IMG/VR virus record: IMGVR_UViG_3300028008_000067
Span: 1-31,006 of that record
From: a virus
Lineage: Duplodnaviria > Caudoviricetes
Reading direction: 5' to 3' (one strand)
DNA: 31,006 bases
In this document: one piece after another, positions 18,339 to 27,106 of the stretch
Position numbering within the stretch: position 1 is the stretch's first letter
How the letters are laid out: each line of letters starts with the position of its first letter
The notes under the pieces: model-generated
The model's input: only the letters and a program-made list of their open reading frames with translations
Database searches by the model: none
What the model was told of the DNA's origin: nothing
Made by a program: the position numbers and the translations under genes

Positions 18339-19801
18339 TGAGTAAATGTATATTACATATTAAAGATGAGGTAAACGTTAAGTTTGAAGGCTTAGATTTA
18401 AATGCCCGTAAAAAGCTAACTAACAAATTTAAATTTGAAGTTCCTTATGCTAGATATTTGCCAGCAGTAAGATTAGGCAGATGGGATGGCAAGATAGGAT
18501 TTTTTCAGCTAGGCGGATCTTCGTTTACAAATTTGTTACCTGATATTATTCCTATATTAGATGAACTTAATTATGACATTGAATTAAACGATCAAAGAGA
18601 ATATAGAACTAACTTTGATTTTGAACAAGTTACAGAAGAATCTTACAGTCATCTCACATGGCCAGAAAGGCACCCTATAGCAGGTGAGCCTATTGTATTA
18701 AGAGATTATCAAGTAGATACAATCAATAAGTTTTTAGAGAATCCACAAAGTATACAAGAAATAGCCACAGGTGCTGGTAAGACTTTAATAACAGCCGTAT
18801 TAAGTAATAAGGTAGAACCATATGGCAGAAGTATTGTAATTGTTCCTAACAAATCACTAGTAACACAAACAGAAGAAGATTATATTAATATGGGCCTCGA
18901 TGTTGGTGTGTTCTTTGGTGATAGAAAAGAATTTGGTAAAACACATACTATTTGTACATGGCAAAGTTTAAATATATTACTAAAGAAAACTAAAAACAGT
19001 GAAGCATTAATAACCATTGATGAGTTTTTAGAAGGTGTAGTATGTGTTATGGTAGACGAAGTACATATGGCAAAAGCAGATGTACTAAAACAATTACTAA
19101 CAGGTGTTATGGCCCAAGTTCCTATTAGATGGGGACTAACAGGAACAATACCAAAAGAAAACTTTGAATGGATGAGTCTTTTGGTTAGTTTGGGAGATGT
19201 GACACAAAGAATACAAGCTAGTGAATTACAAGATAAAGGAGTACTAGCTAACTGTAATGTTAATGTTGTACAATTACAAGACTTTGGCGATTATGGTGGA
19301 TATCAACAAGAACTAAAATATCTATTAACAAATGCTAAACGTTTAGATTATATGGCAAGGCTGTTTTCAAAAATATCTGAATCAGGTAATACTTTAATAC
19401 TTGTTGATAGAATTAGTGCTGGTAATGAATTAGTAGAACGGTTAGGTGACAAAGCAGTATTCATTTCAGGAGTTACAAAAGGTGAAGATAGAAAAACAGA
19501 ATACGACGAAGTTGCAGAAGTGGATGGAAAAATCATCGTGGCTACATATGGTGTGGCCGCTGTTGGCATTAACATTCCACGTATTTTTAATTTGGTACTT
19601 CTTGAGCCAGGCAAGTCTTTTGTTAGAGTTATACAGTCGATAGGACGTGGTATTCGTAAAGCAGAGGATAAAGATTTTGTACAAGTGTGGGACATAACGT
19701 CTACTTGTAAGTTTGCCAAAAGGCACCTAACCAAACGTAAAGCATTTTACAGAGAAGCTAATTACCCATTTCAAGTAGAAAAAGTTGACTGGGACAAATA
19801 A
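18338..19801 (+). CDS. uvsW: UvsW-like SF2 DNA helicase
   Basis: GRWDG, LRDYQ, ATGAGKT, DEVH, GLTGT, GINIP, QSIGRGIR. Confidence 0.88.
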   Translation: MSKCILHIKDEVNVKFEGLDLNARKKLTNKFKFEVPYARYLPAVRLGRWDGKIGFFQLGGSSFTNLLPDIIPILDELNYDIELNDQREYRTNFDFEQVTEESYSHLTWPERHPIAGEPIVLRDYQVDTINKFLENPQSIQEIATGAGKTLITAVLSNKVEPYGRSIVIVPNKSLVTQTEEDYINMGLDVGVFFGDRKEFGKTHTICTWQSLNILLKKTKNSEALITIDEFLEGVVCVMVDEVHMAKADVLKQLLTGVMAQVPIRWGLTGTIPKENFEWMSLLVSLGDVTQRIQASELQDKGVLANCNVNVVQLQDFGDYGGYQQELKYLLTNAKRLDYMARLFSKISESGNTLILVDRISAGNELVERLGDKAVFISGVTKGEDRKTEYDEVAEVDGKIIVATYGVAAVGINIPRIFNLVLLEPGKSFVRVIQSIGRGIRKAEDKDFVQVWDITSTCKFAKRHLTKRKAFYREANYPFQVEKVDWDK

Positions 19802-19813
19802 AGATGTTATACT
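19785..19813 (+). promoter_or_regulatory. Sigma70-type promoter overlapping the helicase 3' end
   Basis: TTGACT-17 nt-TATACT with AAAGATGT immediately before -10. Confidence 0.6.
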
Positions 19814-19836
19814 ACATCAATAATAAAGGATAAAAA

Positions 19837-20343
19837 ATGAGTCAAATATTAACATTAGATAATAAATGTTTTCCGATGACAGAAGTACCTGACCAAGTAG
19901 AAGATATGAGGTTTGGTGTATTAGATAATTCAAATCCACAAGATCCAGATTATTTCTTTATACCACTTATATTTTTAGAAAGTTTTAATAGTCCGGCACT
20001 AGTATTAAAGATTGGAGATCACCAAATTAAGATGCCATTAGATTGGTGTATGCTTATTGGTGAAGAAGATCACGGAGACCTAGAAGTTTTAAGTTTAACA
20101 AGTATTAATGACAGAGGCTTCAAGGCGTTTGTGTTTAATCAGTTAACTGATTTCAAACCAGATTTTTATGACGTTGAAATAGTAGACGTGTATCAAGAAG
20201 TAAGATGGTTCTTTCCAAAGCTAAAAGCAGGACAGCTTCTTGCTGTTCCGTTACATGATGGACCTAAACCAAAGTGTGCTTTCTTTGTTAAAGAAGTAAC
20301 AAGAAACAATGAAATTGTAGATGTAGGAAAAGTATGGGGATGA
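19837..20343 (+). CDS. Hypothetical beta-rich protein
   Basis: 168 aa, AAAGGA RBS, ATGA overlap with next gene. Confidence 0.65.
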   Translation: MSQILTLDNKCFPMTEVPDQVEDMRFGVLDNSNPQDPDYFFIPLIFLESFNSPALVLKIGDHQIKMPLDWCMLIGEEDHGDLEVLSLTSINDRGFKAFVFNQLTDFKPDFYDVEIVDVYQEVRWFFPKLKAGQLLAVPLHDGPKPKCAFFVKEVTRNNEIVDVGKVWG

Positions 20344-20810
20344 GTTTACCACTAAACAAGGTGTTACCTGCTATCGATAAAAAAGATAGAAAGTTCTGGG
20401 ATAGATTAACAGAAGAAGAGAAGAAAGCATTTAGTCCTTTCTTATACAACAGGTATGCTAGTAGTGTTAAAGGTGAAAACTTATTACAACAATGGTATCT
20501 TAGAGCTACAAACGAACGTACTAACAAGAATTTTTTTGATATAAGTAGTAGTAAACATCCTAAATTACATTGGTTGCTATTAACTACAATTAGTCCACAG
20601 ATGGGTACACAGTATCACGAATGGATACCTCATAAGAAAAAAACAAAATCTAGTAAAAGTGGATTCGATAAAACTATTAGAAAACTGTATCCTAATATGA
20701 AAGAGGATGAAGTTCAACTGTTAGCTTCTATTGTAACTAAGAAAGAACTAAAGGAACAGTTAATTTTACTTGGCTGGGACGATAAAGATATAAAGGCTGA
20801 GTTAAAGTGA
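20340..20810 (+). CDS. Clamp-loader small subunit (T4 gp62-like)
   Basis: FSPFLYNRYAS resembling the gp62 'Y.PF..NR.LS' motif, then W..KK, basic linker and helical tail; replication context. Confidence 0.55.
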   Translation: MSLPLNKVLPAIDKKDRKFWDRLTEEEKKAFSPFLYNRYASSVKGENLLQQWYLRATNERTNKNFFDISSSKHPKLHWLLLTTISPQMGTQYHEWIPHKKKTKSSKSGFDKTIRKLYPNMKEDEVQLLASIVTKKELKEQLILLGWDDKDIKAELK

Positions 20811-21538
20811 ATGGACAGATGGTTGAAATTGTGAAAGACGTTATTAACAATTACAAATCTTCAAAATCATACAAATGTAAATATTGTGAAAGAAGCTTTG
20901 TAAAAGAGTCAACATTATTAGCTCATATGTGTGAGCCTAAAAGACGTTGGGAACAAAAAAATGAAAAACACATTCAATTAGGCTTACAGGCATACTTGTA
21001 TTTCTTTAAACAAACACAATCAAATTCTACAAACAAAGGTTACAAAGACTTTATAGGAAGCAATTATTATAATGCTTTTTGTAAGTTTGGTAAGTTTATG
21101 ATTGATTATAAAGTCATAAACACACAAAAATATATTGAGTATGTAATTAACAGTAAGTTTAAATTAGATCATTGGTGTAAAGAACAGTATTACTTAGATT
21201 GGTTAGGCGGTTACTTAAAAACAGAGCATTGGGAAGATGCTTTAACTAGAAGTTTAAACACAATGGAATCTTGGGCAGACACAGCCGGAGTAGATATTAA
21301 AAGTTATTTTATAGCTAACAATAAAAATAAAATAGTTCAAGATATTATTAATGGACGTATAAGTCCATGGGTAATTTTTAGTACAGAAACAGGCAAAGAG
21401 TGTTTAGGAAAACTTAATGAAGAACAAGTACAATTAGTTTACCCATATATAGATCCTGACTACTGGAGACAGCATCTTATTAAATTTAACAAAGAATCTA
21501 AAATTGTAAAAGATACTTTAAAGGAAGTAGGATTTTAA
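20807..21538 (+). CDS. Zn-finger-containing hypothetical replication-region protein
   Basis: YKCKYCERSFVKESTLLAHMC (C-x2-C-x12-H-x-C), GRISPW. Confidence 0.65.
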   Translation: MNGQMVEIVKDVINNYKSSKSYKCKYCERSFVKESTLLAHMCEPKRRWEQKNEKHIQLGLQAYLYFFKQTQSNSTNKGYKDFIGSNYYNAFCKFGKFMIDYKVINTQKYIEYVINSKFKLDHWCKEQYYLDWLGGYLKTEHWEDALTRSLNTMESWADTAGVDIKSYFIANNKNKIVQDIINGRISPWVIFSTETGKECLGKLNEEQVQLVYPYIDPDYWRQHLIKFNKESKIVKDTLKEVGF

Positions 21539-21813
21539 TGGAACACGTGGTTAATTATTTTAAAGAAAGTTATAGATTAAGCCCGTTTGCTTTTTATTGT
21601 GAGGTTGGTGAAGCAATAGTATTAATAATAGGTAGTGCTGTTTTAAGTTTTACAATTTTAAATCCAGCAACACATATATTTGTTCCGCTTTACTTAATAG
21701 GCAGTATACTAGGACTGATAAGTACTTACATAAGAAAGTCTAGTGCTATTGTCCTTATTAGTTGGTTTGTAGCAATGAACTTTTGGGCTTTCTTACAGTT
21801 ATTCATCATATGA
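21538..21813 (+). CDS. Small membrane protein (about 3 TM helices)
   Basis: Three hydrophobic segments; overlaps both neighbours. Confidence 0.7.
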   Translation: MEHVVNYFKESYRLSPFAFYCEVGEAIVLIIGSAVLSFTILNPATHIFVPLYLIGSILGLISTYIRKSSAIVLISWFVAMNFWAFLQLFII

Positions 21814-22388
21814 TTAAATTACCTGATATAGACATAGACTTTGCTAATAGAGAAACTATATTAAGCAAGTTAAAACATATACCTGCTACTTTAGACACTG
21901 GTAAGAAACACAACACAGGTGCTTATTTTGTAGACATTCCTGTAGATCCTATGACTGGACAAGCAAGTATTGATCATGAAGTAGCAGAAGAAAGAGGATA
22001 TTTTAAAGTAGACTTTTTAAATGTAAGTGTATACCAAGGTATTAAAGATGAAGATCATATTAATCGTTTACTAGAAAAGACACCAAACTGGAAACGATTA
22101 TGGTTAGACGAAGAATTTTGTAGTAAGGTAATTCATGTAAATGGTCATTATGATCTAATGACACAAATGAAACCTGACAGCATTGTAAGAATGGCAATGT
22201 TCTTAGCAGTTATGAGACCAGGCAAAGCAAACCTAAGGCAACATAACTGGAAAGACATAGCAGAAAAAGTCTGGATTAAACCAGAAGATGGAAGTTACTA
22301 TTTTAAAAAAGCACACGCCGTAGCCTATGCCCATTTAGTAGCAATCCATGTAAACTTATTAGAAGAACAAGAAAAGGAGACAACATGA
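21810..22388 (+). CDS. Miniature DNA polymerase III alpha (DnaE)-like protein
   Basis: PDIDIDF, KHNTG, YFKVDFL, MRPG, YYFKKAHAVAY; ATG 21810 overlaps upstream TGA. Confidence 0.8.
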   Translation: MIKLPDIDIDFANRETILSKLKHIPATLDTGKKHNTGAYFVDIPVDPMTGQASIDHEVAEERGYFKVDFLNVSVYQGIKDEDHINRLLEKTPNWKRLWLDEEFCSKVIHVNGHYDLMTQMKPDSIVRMAMFLAVMRPGKANLRQHNWKDIAEKVWIKPEDGSYYFKKAHAVAYAHLVAIHVNLLEEQEKETT

Positions 22389-22540
22389 ACTTTATAATTT
22401 GGCACTTATTAGCAATAGTATCGGTAATGGCAATATCATTTATTGCTGGCTTTTGGTATGCTAATAATACTTGGATTAGGTTTAAAAGAACAACTAATGT
22501 TCTTAAGCCAATGACATCATCTAAATACATGAAAGAATAA
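22385..22540 (+). CDS. 51-aa single-TM membrane protein (MNFIIWHLLAIVSVMAISFIAGFWY…)
   Basis: AAGGAGA RBS, ATGA overlap, fills gap exactly to 22541; missing from ORF track. Confidence 0.75.
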   Translation: MNFIIWHLLAIVSVMAISFIAGFWYANNTWIRFKRTTNVLKPMTSSKYMKE

Positions 22541-22918
22541 ATGACATATCTGGTAGACGATAAATGTGTTTTATGTAAACACAAGGATTGTGTAGAAGTT
22601 TGCCCTGTGGATTGTTTCTACGAAGGCGAAAACACTTTAGTAATTAATCCTGATGAATGTATCGACTGTGGAGTATGTGAACCTGAATGCCCAGTAGAGG
22701 CAATTTGGGCAGATACTGATTCTAGTAAAGACCCATCAGAATTAGCCTATTGGTTACAATATAATAATGCTGAATTCATTGAAAAGAATAACTGGCCAGT
22801 TATTACAGACAATGATGATCCAATGCCAGAACATGAAAAGTACCATCCAGATAATTTCCCAGAAGGTAAAAAACATCTCTTTAGTGAAAAGGCAATGCCC
22901 CCAGGCGGCAGTGATTAA
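22541..22918 (+). CDS. fdxA: Dicluster ferredoxin, FdxA type
   Basis: [44 protein letters not shown]. Confidence 0.92.
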   Translation: MTYLVDDKCVLCKHKDCVEVCPVDCFYEGENTLVINPDECIDCGVCEPECPVEAIWADTDSSKDPSELAYWLQYNNAEFIEKNNWPVITDNDDPMPEHEKYHPDNFPEGKKHLFSEKAMPPGGSD

Positions 22919-23604
22919 TGAATTGGTTTCAAGATCATCAACGTGTATTAGTATATCATCCTGGACAAGGTGGCGAATATATTTGCTGTAAATTAAACGG
23001 TGAAAAGCCTCCTAAAGAAAATACTACTAATAGATTTAGAACTATTAACAGTTTTCCTGGACAAGATTACTTGTATGATCAGGCACTACGTTCTGAATCT
23101 GTTTATTGGGAATGGTCAGAAGAGTGTAGACTAACTTTTAATTCAGAACAACATTTAAAAAACGAAATACAAAATTCAAATCCTAAATTTAAATTTATGG
23201 GAGGTAATCCTGACAGAGATTTTCCTAGACTAGGAAGACGTAATCATGCTGAAAAGTCTGATTGGTTTCCTACTCATTGGTGTTATGGATTGTTTAGGGA
23301 ACCTGTTTTTAAGTGGCTCGATTGTGATAACGAGGAATGGTTACATCATTGGGCTGTTTGTATTCAAATGAAAGGTGATAAATCTAGTATTGTTAGAACA
23401 AGTGATACTATAACAACTCTTAATAGGTATAGAAATTACTACAATAGCAAGTATCCTAATTCTAGAATAAGTGTAGACGATCCTAAATTTAGAGAGGAAA
23501 CAGGATACATGGATTGGGCTAAAAGAAATACAGAATTATTAGACGAAAATGTTAAACCTATACAATCAGATGATTTACTTAGGTTTAAGAATTTGCCTTC
23601 TTAA
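22918..23604 (+). CDS. Hypothetical protein (N-terminal Y.PG.GG loop)
   Basis: 228 aa coupled ORF; VYHPGQGGEYI P-loop-like segment. Confidence 0.55.
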   Translation: MNWFQDHQRVLVYHPGQGGEYICCKLNGEKPPKENTTNRFRTINSFPGQDYLYDQALRSESVYWEWSEECRLTFNSEQHLKNEIQNSNPKFKFMGGNPDRDFPRLGRRNHAEKSDWFPTHWCYGLFREPVFKWLDCDNEEWLHHWAVCIQMKGDKSSIVRTSDTITTLNRYRNYYNSKYPNSRISVDDPKFREETGYMDWAKRNTELLDENVKPIQSDDLLRFKNLPS

Positions 23605-23959
23605 CTAACTGGATACTTCTTTTCTTTACTCTTTTTTCGCTGATATTTTTTAATGAAATTTGAGGCCCAGCGAGAACCTCACAGTCTTTGGCTATGAATG
23701 TGCTAAGGCATATTTTAAAATAAACAAAATCTTTCTTTAAAAATATGTTAATAGGTATTAGTCTATTAGACTCATTCCACCAAACATCTCCTAGATCTAA
23801 GAACAATTTCTTTTCGTCTAGGGTTTTAAGTCGCTCAATGTCGTATATGCTTAAACAATGCTTATCATAGTTTTGTATGATACCAACATATTCATTACCA
23901 GCATAGGTTACATGGCTAAGAAATGGGAATTTCTTCTGTAACTTTTCAAATTTATTCAC
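23585..23959 (-). CDS. Hypothetical protein
   Basis: GTG start with GGAG RBS; FPFLS..EYVGIIQN..WWNESNR.IPINIFLK. Confidence 0.7.
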   Translation of the reverse strand: MNKFEKLQKKFPFLSHVTYAGNEYVGIIQNYDKHCLSIYDIERLKTLDEKKLFLDLGDVWWNESNRLIPINIFLKKDFVYFKICLSTFIAKDCEVLAGPQISLKNISEKRVKKRSIQLVKKANS

Positions 23960-23967
23960 GTCCGCTC

Positions 23968-23975
23968 CATAAATA
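23968..23975 (+). promoter_or_regulatory. T4-late-like promoter CATAAATA
   Basis: 25 nt upstream of ATG 24000. Confidence 0.55.
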
Positions 23976-23999
23976 CAGTATAATAAAGGTAATTTTATA

Positions 24000-24749
24000 A
24001 TGCTAAAAACTACAACCTATTTAGTAGAACAAAACCACTCAGTAGTATATACCACTATTGGGTCCACACCGAACAGGAATATGACTATGTATGCTCGTAA
24101 TTTAAAAGTTTACAAGGGTGTTAACAACCCACTTGTAATAGAAATGAAAAACAACGATCAAAAACCTGTAGATATTACTGGTAAAACATTTGTCTTTAAT
24201 ATCCTAGATCAGGAAAATCGTAAAACACTTATTAGTAGAACAGGTACAATTACTAATGCTTCAAAAGGCAAGGTAAAATTTGATATATCTGAGAGCGATT
24301 TGTTAAAAGTCGATGGACAGTTTTTAAACTATAGTATTTTAGACAATACTAGTGGCGATAGAGGCGTGATTTTTGTAGATGATCATTATGGTGCTATGGG
24401 TAACATAGAAGTAATTGACGGACCATATACAGAGTTTAGAACTTCACAGGAAATTACATTGCCTGATAACAATGCTGTTTCAGTTGAAGCTTCGCCTAGT
24501 TTAAATCAGAATTCTGCTTTACATACAGCTCAAGTATATTTTACAAATTTTACAGGTTCTTTAAAAATTGAAGGTAGTATGGCCGCTATAAGCGAATTAG
24601 ACACAGATGAATGGTTTGAAATCACTACAAAAAACTATTCAAACCAATCAGATAACGTTTATATTAATTTTAATGGTGTTTACAGCCACGTTAGATTTTC
24701 TAGAACACTAACTTCAGGTACAATAGACAAGATATTGTATCGTTTGTAA
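24000..24749 (+). CDS. Putative virion structural protein (BppU/Ig-like beta-sandwich)
   Basis: KNNDQKPVDITG..F..GKVKFDI..Y pattern, beta-rich composition, late promoter. Confidence 0.55.
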   Translation: MLKTTTYLVEQNHSVVYTTIGSTPNRNMTMYARNLKVYKGVNNPLVIEMKNNDQKPVDITGKTFVFNILDQENRKTLISRTGTITNASKGKVKFDISESDLLKVDGQFLNYSILDNTSGDRGVIFVDDHYGAMGNIEVIDGPYTEFRTSQEITLPDNNAVSVEASPSLNQNSALHTAQVYFTNFTGSLKIEGSMAAISELDTDEWFEITTKNYSNQSDNVYINFNGVYSHVRFSRTLTSGTIDKILYRL

Positions 24750-24754
24750 AAAAA

Positions 24755-24770
24755 TCACTATATGTAGTGT
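24755..24770. promoter_or_regulatory. NrdR-box-like palindrome (or weak terminator hairpin)
   Basis: TCACTATATGTAGTGT vs NrdR consensus acaCwAtATaTwGtgt (14/16). Confidence 0.45.
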
Positions 24771-24788
24771 ATTTTTATCCTATTTTTC

Positions 24789-24819
24789 TGGTTGACTTTA
24801 TCTCCAAAGATGCTATAAT
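24789..24819 (+). promoter_or_regulatory. Sigma70-type early promoter (TGGTTGAC-N9-AAAGATGCTATAAT)
   Basis: TTGACT 24792-24797, 16-nt spacer, TATAAT 24814-24819; AAGGAG RBS before 24848. Confidence 0.8.
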
Positions 24820-24847
24820 GTAAGTATAGTTAAAAAGGAGCAAAAAT

Positions 24848-25357
24848 ATGTCAGCACTAACTAAACATCTAGAAGCAATTAATATTAAAGCTCAAGCATG
24901 GGTTGACGAAGATCCTAAAAACCGTTTTTCGGGTATGGTTGTAACTGACCCTAACCATTGGGCAGAGTACGGCATTTATACCCCTTCACAATATGATCGT
25001 TATGTTGACGAAAATACTCTTTACGAATTGGCATCTACGGCATATTCTAAAAGTTATGCTAGAAGCATAGATACAGCATCTATGTCTAATGATGAACTTC
25101 AAAAGGCTATTAACGAATATAGCATTCAAGCTGAAGCTACAATGAAGCAAGAAGCTGAAGAAGAAGCTATTAGAGTAAAAGACTTTGAAGGGCAGATTTT
25201 AAACACAATTAAATCTGGTGCTGGAACTCGTAAAAGAGCAATTAAATGGATTTTACAAAGTCAAGATTTAGATAAAGAAAAAGATAAAGGTTATATTTGT
25301 TATAGCCTTGGTCTTCCTTACTCATTTGAGAAGGAGTTTACAGAGGTATTAAGCTAA
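24848..25357 (+). CDS. Hypothetical early protein
   Basis: Strong promoter and RBS; helical; HWAEYGIYT and GYICYSLGLPY segments. Confidence 0.7.
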   Translation: MSALTKHLEAINIKAQAWVDEDPKNRFSGMVVTDPNHWAEYGIYTPSQYDRYVDENTLYELASTAYSKSYARSIDTASMSNDELQKAINEYSIQAEATMKQEAEEEAIRVKDFEGQILNTIKSGAGTRKRAIKWILQSQDLDKEKDKGYICYSLGLPYSFEKEFTEVLS

Positions 25358-25358
25358 T

Positions 25359-25511
25359 ATGTCTTTTGTGGGCTTTTTATTATTGTGTTTAGTATTAATG
25401 TATGCTAGTAAAAACTTTCCTGGGGCTATAGGAAATTTATTTAAAGGCGTTATGATTATATTTGGAGTATTGTTTATTGCCATATTGTTATTAATGATAT
25501 TGGCATATTGA
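25359..25511 (+). CDS. 50-aa two-TM membrane protein (MSFVGFLLLCLVLMYASKNFPGAIGNLFKGVMIIFGVLFIAILLLMILAY)
   Basis: GAGGT RBS, starts 2 nt after previous stop; missing from ORF track. Confidence 0.65.
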   Translation: MSFVGFLLLCLVLMYASKNFPGAIGNLFKGVMIIFGVLFIAILLLMILAY

Positions 25512-25539
25512 TAATTATTAGTTTGTAAAGAGGAATATT

Positions 25540-26013
25540 TTGAAAATTTTTAAAGACAAAACAGACGACTTTTTTAGATGGGTTAAAGGTACAGAACTAG
25601 TTGAACTAGACGACATTGATGTATCTGAAGATCCAGTAAGGCCTGAGCTTACTTTAGGTTTTAGAATTCTTCATGGAAGAAAGATCTTTGGTTTAAAATA
25701 TCAAGATGAAATTGAGGCTATTATTTGTGTAGCATTTTGTCCTGAAATACCATATACAGTTAGAGAAATGGACTATATGAGTAGAACAGAAGATGGCACT
25801 ATTGCTATTGCTTATACTGTATGGTCTCGTAAAAAAGGTGCTGGTAAAGAGATTGTAAAAAAATTAGGAGAATGGTGTAATAAAAATCATTGTTCTAGAC
25901 TAGTAACGTTATCACCATTAACAACTATGGCAACACACTTTCATATTAAGAATGGGGCCAAACAAGTTCATATTAACGACATAACTCAAAACTTTGAATA
26001 TAAGTTAAATTAA
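25540..26013 (+). CDS. GNAT-fold-like hypothetical protein
   Basis: AYTVWSRKKGAGKEIV acetyl-CoA-loop-like motif, VTLSP..A..FH.KNGA; TTG start with GAGGA RBS. Confidence 0.5.
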   Translation: MKIFKDKTDDFFRWVKGTELVELDDIDVSEDPVRPELTLGFRILHGRKIFGLKYQDEIEAIICVAFCPEIPYTVREMDYMSRTEDGTIAIAYTVWSRKKGAGKEIVKKLGEWCNKNHCSRLVTLSPLTTMATHFHIKNGAKQVHINDITQNFEYKLN

Positions 26014-26735
26014 ATTATTTGTTTATTTTTAGCAGTATTCTTAACGTAGTTTGCCATTCCGTGGTCTCTTAAACCATCAAACAATTCAAAGTTTTTAATG
26101 GCCGCCCAATGTCCTCTAGCCCAGTCTTTAAGTAATTGCCATTTAGATAAACCGTTTCTTAACTTACCATAATGATTAATGTACATCATATCCCCATGGT
26201 GTCTGAAACCCATAATCCATAAAGGTACTTTAGTAACTAGGTCGTTGTTATTACGCCATCTGTAGTGTTTAACATTAACACTTTCTACCCATTTTTTATT
26301 ACCAACTCTAGGTGATCCAAACGTGTATAATTCTTTACATTTATTTTGTAATCTACTAGCGGCGATTGTTGCCATTGCTCCACCTAAACTGTGACCACAA
26401 ATATATAATGGTTTTGTTGTGCTTAATTTGTCTTTTATGTCTTTCCAGACCTTATTAACTTCATCATAAAAGCCATCATGTACTCTACCTTTAGTTCTAG
26501 ACTTGCTCTTCCATGCTTTTAGGTCAGCTTTGATATCATTAAACTCTTTTGGCTCTGTACCCCTAAATGCTAACACCTGCTCATCTTTGTTTGTTAATAC
26601 TACTACTTGAGCACCGTCTTTGCTTATAAATTGTACTTTAGTATATCCGACCTTTTTTAGTTTAGCTGTTAATTTAGCGTCGAATTCTTCATACACTAAT
26701 CCTGCCAAATTAGCGAAATGACTACTTCTATTCAT
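26010..26735 (-). CDS. Class 3 lipase (alpha/beta hydrolase)
   Basis: LAFRGT, VHDGF, GHSLGG nucleophile elbow, TFGSPRVGN, NDLVTKVP, DH; AGGAG RBS. Confidence 0.9.
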   Translation of the reverse strand: MNRSSHFANLAGLVYEEFDAKLTAKLKKVGYTKVQFISKDGAQVVVLTNKDEQVLAFRGTEPKEFNDIKADLKAWKSKSRTKGRVHDGFYDEVNKVWKDIKDKLSTTKPLYICGHSLGGAMATIAASRLQNKCKELYTFGSPRVGNKKWVESVNVKHYRWRNNNDLVTKVPLWIMGFRHHGDMMYINHYGKLRNGLSKWQLLKDWARGHWAAIKNFELFDGLRDHGMANYVKNTAKNKQII

Positions 26736-26770
26736 AATGTTTACTCCTAATGATTACTTTTAATATACTA

Positions 26771-26838
26771 TATTTAACGATTTTAGCGAAAAAACTGTAA
26801 ACAAGATATTAATAGAACTGAAGAAAATTCAATAAATA
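26771..26838. promoter_or_regulatory. Divergent T4-late-like promoters
   Basis: TATTTA 26771-26776 (minus TAAATA, lipase) and AATAAATA 26831-26838 (plus operon). Confidence 0.5.
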
Positions 26839-26857
26839 ACATTACAGGGAGACTCTA

Positions 26858-27106
26858 ATGAAAAGAAAAACAAGATCATTACTAGAAGAATTAGATTCTA
26901 TATCGTACGATAGGGATCGAAAACACGTGGTAGAAAGTAGAGCAACTCACCTAATCCAATCATCAATTAACTTAATCAATATGATAAAAGAAAATTTTAG
27001 CGAAGAAACAGCAGTAGACTTAGAAAAAAGATTTTTAGCGGCTATTAGAAAGCAAGAGCCAGTCAAATTCACTAGAGGAATTAGGAAATTAAAGCATGAA
27101 GATTAA
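26858..27106 (+). CDS. Small hypothetical late protein
   Basis: GGGAGA RBS; TRSLLEEL..ESRA..SSINL..KFTRGI. Confidence 0.7.
   Translation: MKRKTRSLLEELDSISYDRDRKHVVESRATHLIQSSINLINMIKENFSEETAVDLEKRFLAAIRKQEPVKFTRGIRKLKHED

Noticed and set aside
21810-22388. dnaE pseudogene or frameshifted/intein-split polymerase
   Set aside because: Motifs are colinear in one intact frame with coupled start and stop; flanking ORFs are unrelated membrane proteins; no intein motifs seen.
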